A DNA stretch of 64,000 nt from an uncultured Actinomycetes bacterium (GTDB lineage: Bacteria > Actinomycetota > UBA4738 > HRBIN12): NCBI GenBank assembly GCA_963704725.1, contig OY969934.1, forward strand, positions 1,952,001 to 2,016,000, given 5' to 3'. The notes beneath the pieces were generated by a model. The model was not told where the DNA came from. It saw nothing but the letters and a program-made list of their open reading frames with translations, and did not search any database. The position numbers and the translations under genes are program-made. Shown here one piece after another: positions 56,682 through 64,000 of this stretch (position 1 is the stretch's first letter; each line of letters opens with the position of its first letter).

Positions 56682-57998
56682 CTAGCCCCCGTACCAGCCG
56701 TATACGAGCGGAGGCGGCTCGACCGGGTCGTCGTGCATCGTCAGCGCGGCGCGGATGCGTCGCAGGCACTCGTGGGCGTCCTCGTCCGTCCGTGCGTGCA
56801 CGCGTCCCAGCTCCTGTCCGATCTCGACCCGATCCCCCACCTTGGGCCGGAACACGATACCGACCGCGGGGTCCACCGGGTCGCCCTTGCGCTTGCGCCC
56901 GGCGCCCAGGTCGCCGCTCGCTCGCCCCAGCGCCTCGGCGTCGACGGCCCCGAGCCAGCCGTCGCGCTCGGCCTCGATCGGCAGGGCGACCGGCGCCGTC
57001 GGCAGGACTCCGCTCGGATCGTCGACGACCCGGGGGTCGCCGCCCTGGCGTTCGACCATCCGCCGGAACGACTCCACCGCCTCCCCGGAGTCGAGCGCCG
57101 CGGCGGCGCGGGCCCGGCCCTGCCCCATGCCGACGTCCGTGAGGCGGCTCAGAGCCTCGCCCGCGAACATCACGACGGCGTCGCGCAGACGACCGTGCAT
57201 CCCCCCCCGCAGGAGCTCCACGGCCTCGGCCACGTCGAGCGCGTTGCCGATGGCGTCGCCCAGCGGCTGCGACATGTCCGTGACGGCGCAGCGCGTGGGG
57301 CGGCCCCAGTCGGCGGCGAGCTTGGCGCACGCCTTCGCCAGGGTCTTCGCGGCGGCCGGCGTCTTCATGAAGGCGCCGCTCCCGGCCTTCACGTCGAGCA
57401 GGATGAGGTCGGTGCCCAGGGCCAGCTTTTTGGACATCACGCTCGCCGCGATCAGGGGGACCGACGGGACGGTCGCCGTGGCGTCCCGGAGTGCGTAGAG
57501 CGCGCCGTCGGCCGGCACGAGGTCCGCGCTCTGGGCGACGACGGCGCACCCGATCTCGTCGACCTGACGCTCGAACGCGGCCGGCTCGACGTCCGTGCGG
57601 AGCCCCGGGATGGCCTCGAGCTTGTCGAGCGTCCCCCCTGTGTGCCCCAGGCCCCGCCCGGAGAGCTTGGCCACGGCGAGCCCGAGGGACGCGGCGAGCG
57701 GCGCGAAGACGAGGGTCACACCGTCGGCCACACCGCCCGTCGAGTGCTTGTCCACCTTCGGTCTGGAGATGCCACGGAGAGGGAGGGTCTCGCCCGAGTC
57801 GACCATGGCCCGGGTCAGCGCGAGGGTCTCACCGTCGTCGAGCCCGTTGACGAAGGCCGCCATGAGGAAGGCGGCCGCCAGGTAGTCGGGCAGCTCGCCC
57901 CGCGCGTAGCCCAGCACGAACGTCCGAAGCTCATCGGGATCGAGAGTCTTCCCGTCGCGCTTGGCGGCCACGAGATCGCGGGGGTCGAAAGGGGTCAC
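56682..57998 (-). CDS. Thymidine / pyrimidine-nucleoside phosphorylase
   Basis: KRDG, VDKHSTGGVAD, SGRGLGHTGGTLDKLE, MSKK, DMSQPLG. Confidence 0.94.
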   Translation of the reverse strand: MTPFDPRDLVAAKRDGKTLDPDELRTFVLGYARGELPDYLAAAFLMAAFVNGLDDGETLALTRAMVDSGETLPLRGISRPKVDKHSTGGVADGVTLVFAPLAASLGLAVAKLSGRGLGHTGGTLDKLEAIPGLRTDVEPAAFERQVDEIGCAVVAQSADLVPADGALYALRDATATVPSVPLIAASVMSKKLALGTDLILLDVKAGSGAFMKTPAAAKTLAKACAKLAADWGRPTRCAVTDMSQPLGDAIGNALDVAEAVELLRGGMHGRLRDAVVMFAGEALSRLTDVGMGQGRARAAAALDSGEAVESFRRMVERQGGDPRVVDDPSGVLPTAPVALPIEAERDGWLGAVDAEALGRASGDLGAGRKRKGDPVDPAVGIVFRPKVGDRVEIGQELGRVHARTDEDAHECLRRIRAALTMHDDPVEPPPLVYGWYGG

Positions 57999-58113
57999 GC
58001 CGAGGCTCCCCGCCCCTTCGACGCGCGCTCGACCGCACCCTCGCGTCGAGGTCGAGCTCGTTCCCGCAGGCGCACGGTCCGAACTCTCGACCTCCACCTG
58101 ATGCCCCGTGTGC

Positions 58114-59292
58114 TCACCACCCAAGCTCCCCGGCGAAGCTGGTCCCCCGCAGATCCCAGGGGATCCCGAGGAGACCGGCCGCCGTCGCGCCCAGGTCCGC
58201 GTACGTGGGGCGGGCTCCGACGTCGTGCGGCCCGCCGGGGACCCCGGCGGCGAGCACCGGCACCCGCTCTCGGGTGTGGTCGGTCGAGGGGGTGGTGGGG
58301 TCGCACCCGTGGTCTCCGGTGAGGAGGAGCACCCCGCCGTCGAGCGCACCGATCAGGTCGGGGATGCGGCGGTCGAGCGACTCCACCGCGCGCGCGTAGC
58401 CGGCCGGGTCGTTGCGGTGGCCGTACTTGCTGTCGAAGTCGACGAGGTTGCTGAACACGAGGGCGGGCCCGGGGCGGTGCAGGTAGCCGATCGTGAGATT
58501 CACGCCGTGGTCGTTCGAGTCCGAGTACAGGGCCTCGGTCAGGCCCTGCTGGGCGAAGATGTCCTGGATCTTGCCCACCCCGTAGACCGATATGCCACCC
58601 TCGGAGCAGCGCTCGAGCAGCGTCGGGCCGGGTGGCGGGACCGAGAAGTCGCGTCGCTCGGGCCGGCGAACGAACGCGCCCGGCGGCCCGGTGAACGGAC
58701 GGGCGATCACCCGGCCCACGTTGTGCTCCCCAACGAGCAGGCGCCGGGCGGCGCGGCACCACTCGTAGAGCTGCTGGAGCGAGACGACGTCGGTGTGGGC
58801 GGCGATCTGGAAGACCGAGTCCCCGCTCGTGTACACGATGGGCCGGCTTGTGCGCAGGTGCTCCTCCCCCAGCTCCGCGATGATCTCGGTCCCGGAGGCG
58901 GGCACGTTGCCGAGCACCGCCCGCCCCACCTTGGCCTCGAACGGCTCGATGATCTCGGGCGGGAAGCCGTCCGGATACAGCGGGAACGGCTGGTCCAGGA
59001 CGATCCCCGCCATCTCCCAGTGGCCGGTCGTCGTGTCCTTGCCCACCGAGCGCTCCGTGAGCCGGCCGTGGCCCGTGCCGGGCTCTGCCCGCGGCGACAC
59101 GCCCTCGATGTCGGTCAGCATGCCGAGTCCCAGGGCCTCCAGGTTCGGAGCCTCGATGCCCCCGACCGCCCTGGCCGTGTTGGCCAGCGTGTCGGATCCC
59201 TCGTCGCCGTAGGCCGCCGCGTCCGGCGCGTCGCCCACGCCGAACGAGTCGCAGACGAGGATCAGGACCCGCGGGACCGTCGCCGCCGGCAC
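58114..59292 (-). CDS. deoB: Phosphopentomutase
   Basis: DSFGVG, GKDTTTGHWE, YTSGDSVFQIAAH, DFDSKYGHRND, DHGCDP, DHTRE. Confidence 0.95.
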   Translation of the reverse strand: MPAATVPRVLILVCDSFGVGDAPDAAAYGDEGSDTLANTARAVGGIEAPNLEALGLGMLTDIEGVSPRAEPGTGHGRLTERSVGKDTTTGHWEMAGIVLDQPFPLYPDGFPPEIIEPFEAKVGRAVLGNVPASGTEIIAELGEEHLRTSRPIVYTSGDSVFQIAAHTDVVSLQQLYEWCRAARRLLVGEHNVGRVIARPFTGPPGAFVRRPERRDFSVPPPGPTLLERCSEGGISVYGVGKIQDIFAQQGLTEALYSDSNDHGVNLTIGYLHRPGPALVFSNLVDFDSKYGHRNDPAGYARAVESLDRRIPDLIGALDGGVLLLTGDHGCDPTTPSTDHTRERVPVLAAGVPGGPHDVGARPTYADLGATAAGLLGIPWDLRGTSFAGELGW

Positions 59293-59294
59293 CG

Positions 59295-59651
59295 TCAGCG
59301 GCCCTCGCCCTTACGCGCGCAGTCGACGCACAGGATGGCCCAGGGCAGGGCCTCGAGCCGCTCGATGGGGATGGCGTTCCCGCACCGCTCGCAGGTGCCG
59401 TACGTTCCGAGCTCCATCTTCTTGAGCGCTCGGCTCACCCATCGCAGGTTCGCCCGGAGCGCCTTCATCACCGCGATCAGCCGGGCCCGCTCCGCCGTGC
59501 TGTGGGCGCTGTCGGCGAAGCCCCGCTCGACGTCGATCGCCGCGTCGTCCGAATCCGGGTCCCCACCCTGGTCGGCGATCTCCCGGCGAAGGTTCTCCCA
59601 TTGCTCCTCGAGCGCCGTCTGGAGCTCGGCGAGCGTCGCCTCTTCGATCAC
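59295..59651 (-). CDS. TraR/DksA C4-type zinc finger protein
   Basis: Coiled coil then YGTCERCG..IPIERLEALPWAILCVDC. Confidence 0.9.
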   Translation of the reverse strand: MIEEATLAELQTALEEQWENLRREIADQGGDPDSDDAAIDVERGFADSAHSTAERARLIAVMKALRANLRWVSRALKKMELGTYGTCERCGNAIPIERLEALPWAILCVDCARKGEGR

Positions 59652-60655
59652 GCGGTCTCCCTCCTCCGTCCGCGAGACGGACGCGCCTCGGCGTGCCCGC
59701 CCCGTGCGGGCGTCCCCCGGTTCGTCGAGTCCCTCCCTCGGGCCCGCGGGTGCGACGTGAAGTACACCTCCCGCAGGTGATCCCTGGAGACAAGCGTATA
59801 CACCTGGGTCGTCGCCACACTGGCGTGGCCGAGGAGCTCCTGGACGACGCGGACGTCGGCCCCGCCCTCGAGCAGGTGGGTGGCGAACGAATGGCGCAGG
59901 GTGTGGGGGCTCACGCCGCGCCCGATCCGCGCGGCGCCCGCGTGCTTGGACACGATCCCGGCGCATCCCTGACGGGTGAGCCGTCCCCCGCGGAGGTTCA
60001 GGAACAGCGCGGAGCGTGAGCGCGGCGTGGCGAGCTGGGGTCGTACCCGCGTCAGGTACGCGCCGATCGCCTCGCGCGCATACCGCCCGAGCGGCACGTC
60101 GCGCTCCTTGCTCCCCTTGCCGAAGACCCGGACGCTCCCCTCCTCGAGGTCCACGTCGTCGACGTCCAGGCCGACGAGCTCGGAGATGCGCACCCCCGCG
60201 CCGTAGAGCGTTTCGAGCACCGCGCGATCCCGCAGCCCGGCCGGGGTCGACGGATCGGGCTGCGCCAGCAGCCGGGTCACGTCCTGCACCGAAAGCGGCT
60301 TCGGGAGGCGGCGGGGCAGCTTCGGCCGGACCACCCCGGCGCTCGGATCGCTCCGGGTCTCTCCTTCCCGCAGCAGGAACCGGTGGAAGGCGCGGACCGA
60401 CGACAGCATCCGCACGACGGAGGTCGCCCGGTACGGCCGTCCGTCGCCGTGCGTGGACGCCGACACCGACGCGACGTGGGCGGCGACGTCCCGGTCGCTC
60501 ACCTTGCGGGTGTCGGTGACCCCCCGGTCGTGCAGGAACGCGGCGTACCGGGCGAGGTCCCGCCGGTACGCCGCGATCGTGTTGCCGGACAGGCCGCGCT
60601 CCACGAGGAGATGATCGAGGAAGCGCTGGATCTGCAGCTCGACCGGCTCGGCCAC
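59648..60655 (-). CDS. xerD: Site-specific tyrosine recombinase XerD
   Basis: ERGLSGNTIAAYRRDL, GVRISE, HTLRHSFATHLLEGGADVRVVQELLGH..TTQVY; ald/NUDIX/pyrG context. Confidence 0.93.
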   Translation of the reverse strand: MAEPVELQIQRFLDHLLVERGLSGNTIAAYRRDLARYAAFLHDRGVTDTRKVSDRDVAAHVASVSASTHGDGRPYRATSVVRMLSSVRAFHRFLLREGETRSDPSAGVVRPKLPRRLPKPLSVQDVTRLLAQPDPSTPAGLRDRAVLETLYGAGVRISELVGLDVDDVDLEEGSVRVFGKGSKERDVPLGRYAREAIGAYLTRVRPQLATPRSRSALFLNLRGGRLTRQGCAGIVSKHAGAARIGRGVSPHTLRHSFATHLLEGGADVRVVQELLGHASVATTQVYTLVSRDHLREVYFTSHPRARGRDSTNRGTPARGGHAEARPSRGRRRETA

Positions 60656-60674
60656 GCAGGCCCTCCCTCGGAGA

Positions 60675-61793
60675 TCAGCCGAGACCGGATTCGCCGAGCG
60701 GCGTATGGGCCATGCCGTGCGCCTCCGCCACGCCCTCGTTCGTGAGCGCTCCCGCGTGCACGTTCACGCCGAGCGCCAGGGCGACGTCCTCACGCACGGC
60801 CCGGTCGAGGCCCTTGGACGCGATGTCGATCGCGTACGGGAGCGTGACGTTGGTGAGCGCGTACGTGGACGTGCGCGGCACCGCGCCCGGCATGTTGCCG
60901 ACGCAGTAGTGCACGACGTCGTCGACGACGTACGTGGGGTCGGAATGCGTCGTGACGTGCGCCGTCTCCACGCACCCTCCCTGGTCGATCGAGACGTCCA
61001 CGATCACGGCCCCGGGTCGCATCCGCGTCACCATCTCCCGGGTGACGAGGTGCGGCGCCCTGGCGCCGGGGATGAGCACCGCGCCGATGACGAGATCGGC
61101 CTCCAGGACGAGCCGTTCGATCGCCAGCGCGCTCGACATCATCGTCTGGATCCTGCCGCGCTGGATCTGGTCGACGAACCGGAGGCGGTCGACGTTGCGG
61201 TCGACGACGACGACCTCGGCCTCCATCCCGGCGGCGATCCACGCCGCGTTCAGGCCGGCCATCCCGGCCCCGAGCACGACGACCCGCGCCGGCGCCACGC
61301 CGGAGGCTCCACCCATGAGCACGCCGCGCCCGGCGTACGGACGCTCCAGGAAGTACGCGCCCACCTGCGGCGCCATCCGGCCGGCGATCTCGCTCATCGG
61401 CGCGAGCAGCGGGAGTCGTCCGTCCTCGAGCTCGACGGTCTCGTACGCGACGGAGGCCACCTTGCGCTCCATCAGGAACTCGGTCAGGGCCTTGTCGGCC
61501 GCCAGGTGGAGGTACGTGAACAGGATCTGACCCTCGCGGAACCGTCCGTACTCCTGCGGTTGCGGCTCCTTCACCTTCACGATCATGTCGGCGGCCGCGA
61601 AGAGGGCGTCGGCGTCGCGCAGGATCCGCGCGCCCGCCGCCTCGAACTGCTCGTCCGGCAGCGCCGACCCTGCCCCCGCACCCGACTCGACAACGACCTC
61701 GTGACCGGCCCGGGTGAGCTCGCGAACGCCCTCCGGCGTCGCGGCCACGCGGAACTCGTTGTCCTTGACCTCTGCTGGGATCCCGACGATCAC
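60675..61793 (-). CDS. ald: Alanine dehydrogenase
   Basis: EVKDNEFRVA, KVKEP, FTYLHLA, PMSEIAGR, IDQGGC, NMPGAVPRTST. Confidence 0.96.
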   Translation of the reverse strand: MIVGIPAEVKDNEFRVAATPEGVRELTRAGHEVVVESGAGAGSALPDEQFEAAGARILRDADALFAAADMIVKVKEPQPQEYGRFREGQILFTYLHLAADKALTEFLMERKVASVAYETVELEDGRLPLLAPMSEIAGRMAPQVGAYFLERPYAGRGVLMGGASGVAPARVVVLGAGMAGLNAAWIAAGMEAEVVVVDRNVDRLRFVDQIQRGRIQTMMSSALAIERLVLEADLVIGAVLIPGARAPHLVTREMVTRMRPGAVIVDVSIDQGGCVETAHVTTHSDPTYVVDDVVHYCVGNMPGAVPRTSTYALTNVTLPYAIDIASKGLDRAVREDVALALGVNVHAGALTNEGVAEAHGMAHTPLGESGLG

Positions 61794-61862
61794 GACGGAC
61801 TCCTTCTCGCGGGCCCCACCGCCCGCCGAGAGCCTACCGGACCTCTTGCGACCGGATGTCGG

Positions 61863-63200
61863 TCAGACGGCCCGGGCCGCATAGACCTGCCAGCTCCCCG
61901 GCACTCCCTTGAGCTCGTGCTCACCGCGGTCGTCGAAGCCCAGGCCGGACCCCGAGACCAGGTCGACCACCGTCCGCGAAACCAGCACGTCGTCCGGCCC
62001 GGCGAGCGCGGCGATCCGCGCGCCGATGTGCACCGCGATCCCGCGGACGGCGTCCCCGACCACCTCCACCTCCCCGGTGTGGATCCCCGCGCGGATCCGC
62101 AGTCCCGTGTCGTGGACGGCGAGCGCGGCGGCCTGGGCGCACCGCACCGCCCGCGCCGGGCCGTCGAACGTGGCGAGGAAGCCGTCGCCGGCCGTGTCCA
62201 CCTCGCGCCCCCGCCACCGCTCGAGCTCCCGGCGCACCACGGCGTGGTGCCGCTCCAGCCGCTCACGCCATGCCCGGTCGCCGAGCTCCGCGGCGACCCT
62301 CGTGGAATCGACCACGTCGGTGAACATCACCGTCGTCAGCACCCGGTCGGGCTCCGGTCCCCGCCGGACGCCGGTGAGGAACGCCTCGACCTCGTCCAGG
62401 ATCGCGTCGGCCTCGCCGGTCCACATGAGGTGATCGACGCCGGGCAGCTCGACGAGCCGTGACCCCGGGATGCGGGAGGCGATGTACCGGCCCTCCGCCA
62501 CCGACACGTCCGGGTCGTCCGTCCGGTACACGAGGAGCGCGGGCACGCGGATCGTGGGGAGCACGGCGCGAACGTCCACCATCGAGTTCATGCGAAGCAG
62601 GGCGGCGGCGGCCTTCGGGCTGGCCGACGCGCGCAGGTAGCGGGACATCCAGGAGACGAACGCCGGGTCGTCCCTCCGGCTGGGGGCGAGCCCCGCCGCC
62701 AGCGACGGCGCGCCCCACGTCCGCTCGACGTCCTCGATCTCGGCCAGCCGCTCCTCCCACGTCGGCGCCCACGGGTAGTCCTCGGAGAAGACCCGCTTGG
62801 CGTAGCAGCCGACCAGGACGAGCGAGAGGGTCCTCGCGGGATGGCTCGCGGCGAAGAGCACGCTCATGTTGCCGCCCTCGGAATGGCCGAGCAGCGCGGC
62901 GCGCTCGGAGCCCGCGGCGTCCATCACGGCCCGCACATCCTCCATGCGCTGTTCGAGCGTCGGCAGCTCGTCGAACGGCACCGGATCCGAAAGACCCGTC
63001 CCGCGCTTGTCGAACAGGATGAGGCGCGAGAACGACGCGAGCCGCTCCAGGAAGTGCGTGTACGACGGGTCGTCCCACATCAGGTCGAGGTTCGAGACCC
63101 AGCCGGGGACGTAGACGAGGTCGAACGGCCCGTCTCCCACGACCTGGAAGGCGATGTTCAGGTCGTCGACGTGCGCGTATCGCGTCACCGGCGGCGTCAC
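61863..63200 (-). CDS. Alpha/beta hydrolase fused to class III nucleotide cyclase (LipJ-like)
   Basis: [16 protein letters not shown]; [31 protein letters not shown]; GTGA overlap with NUDIX. Confidence 0.9.
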   Translation of the reverse strand: MTPPVTRYAHVDDLNIAFQVVGDGPFDLVYVPGWVSNLDLMWDDPSYTHFLERLASFSRLILFDKRGTGLSDPVPFDELPTLEQRMEDVRAVMDAAGSERAALLGHSEGGNMSVLFAASHPARTLSLVLVGCYAKRVFSEDYPWAPTWEERLAEIEDVERTWGAPSLAAGLAPSRRDDPAFVSWMSRYLRASASPKAAAALLRMNSMVDVRAVLPTIRVPALLVYRTDDPDVSVAEGRYIASRIPGSRLVELPGVDHLMWTGEADAILDEVEAFLTGVRRGPEPDRVLTTVMFTDVVDSTRVAAELGDRAWRERLERHHAVVRRELERWRGREVDTAGDGFLATFDGPARAVRCAQAAALAVHDTGLRIRAGIHTGEVEVVGDAVRGIAVHIGARIAALAGPDDVLVSRTVVDLVSGSGLGFDDRGEHELKGVPGSWQVYAARAV

Positions 63201-63718
63201 GGCGGCCGCGGCCTCCCGTCGACCATCAGCAACGCGAGCGCGGTCTTCGCGTCGCGGACGCGGCCGGCCCGGGCCCGCTCGATCATCTCCGCCAGCGGCC
63301 GCCGGACCAGGTCGATCCCCGCCTCCGGCACCGCCGCGGGCTCGGGCGCCGTGCCGGCCCAGAACAGGTGGTCGACCTCGTCGCTGAACCCGGCGGTCGG
63401 GAAGCTCCTCCCGAGCGGCTCGATCCAGCGGTGGCGGTACCCCGTCTCCTCGAGCAGCTCGCGGACGGCGCACGCTTGGGGATCTTCGCCCGCGACGTCG
63501 AGGAGCCCGGCCGGGATCTCGAGGAGCTTCCCGCGGATCGGCGGGCGGAACTGCCGCACGAGCAGGACGTCGCCGTCCGGCGTCACGGGCAGCACGGCGG
63601 CCGCGCCGACGTGGCGCGCGACGTCGTAGGGATGCCCCATCCCCGCCCATCGCTCGCGCGCCACGGAGAACACGCGGCCCTCGAACAACACCTCGGAGGA
63701 CCGGGGGTGGTCCGGCAT
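63197..63718 (-). CDS. NUDIX hydrolase (ADP-ribose pyrophosphatase-like)
   Basis: EIPAG...[10 protein letters not shown] Nudix box; follows pyrG. Confidence 0.92.
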   Translation of the reverse strand: MPDHPRSSEVLFEGRVFSVARERWAGMGHPYDVARHVGAAAVLPVTPDGDVLLVRQFRPPIRGKLLEIPAGLLDVAGEDPQACAVRELLEETGYRHRWIEPLGRSFPTAGFSDEVDHLFWAGTAPEPAAVPEAGIDLVRRPLAEMIERARAGRVRDAKTALALLMVDGRPRPP

Positions 63719-63729
63719 GTCGCCGGCGA

Positions 63730-64000
63730 TCAGCCGGGGATGACGACCGGCCGGTCCGCCTCGACCTCGGCGTGGGCCCGGGCCCGGGCGGCCCCCACGA
63801 AGTCGCGGAACAGCGGATGGGGTCGGGTCGGCCGCGAGCGCAGCTCGGGGTGGAACTGTCCGCCCATGAAGAACGGGTGCCCCTCGAGCTCGATGATCTC
63901 GACGAGACGGCCGTCCGGCGAGAGCCCCGAGAAGACGAGCCCCCGTCCGGACAGGGCCTCGTGGTACGCCGGGTTGACCTCGTACCGGTGGCGGTGCCGC
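63730..64000 (-). CDS. pyrG: CTP synthase, 3' end only
   Basis: Manual translation RHRHRYEVN...[30 protein letters not shown]; absent from ORF track. Confidence 0.95.
   Translation of the reverse strand, partial: RHRHRYEVNPAYHEALSGRGLVFSGLSPDGRLVEIIELEGHPFFMGGQFHPELRSRPTRPHPLFRDFVGAARARAHAEVEADRPVVIPG

Noticed and set aside
57999-58113. Hairpin-rich gap between deoB and the nucleoside phosphorylase
   Set aside because: One stem (TCGACGCG/CGCGTCGA) in GC-rich DNA, with no second copy or promoter found; insufficient for an ncRNA or REP call.
59648-60655. Tyrosine recombinase as a mobile-element integrase
   Set aside because: XerD signature and conserved housekeeping neighbourhood; no att repeat seen at tRNA-Pro.
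1-64000. CRISPR array, rRNA, tmRNA, RNase P RNA, IS or prophage
   Set aside because: No regularly spaced repeats, diagnostic RNA motifs, transposases or phage genes were seen.

Overview
High-GC actinobacterial chromosomal window, mostly core genome, with no prophage, IS or CRISPR array visible. Split gcvPA/gcvPB, an AroH-type chorismate mutase, deoB, TtuA and DUF3866 suggest a lineage outside the well-studied Actinomycetia (inference). Left to right: ABC-F fragment, amidohydrolase, SDR; two DmdA/GcvT-like demethylases with MetV/MetF; an HtrA lipoprotein; a ThiS-TtuA fusion and trmI; the complete Pup-proteasome locus (arc, dop, pup, prcB, prcA, pafA, pafB, pafC); tatA/B-tatC, helY, cysS; an FtsH-like protease with a lipoprotein; Lrp; lnt-ppm1; the gcvH-garA-MerR-DUF151-MerR-gcvP block; tRNA-Pro(GGG); and the pyrG...xerD...scpAB-rluB-aroH-tyrA-aroA-cmk-der run. 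The top finding is a stand-alone, roughly 234-aa reverse-transcriptase-like gene (34364-35068). It has motifs RT1-RT7, an unusual WVDD catalytic motif and no thumb domain, and it is hidden at the end of a long ORF-track entry among housekeeping genes with no mobile or defence context. Other leads are two unannotated structured ncRNA candidates (36645-36750 and about 39530-39780), a Tat subunit with a duplicated amphipathic helix, an in-frame ubiquitin-like/TtuA fusion and an MprA-type box before htrA. All motif, promoter and RNA-pairing calls were made by eye; no searches were run.
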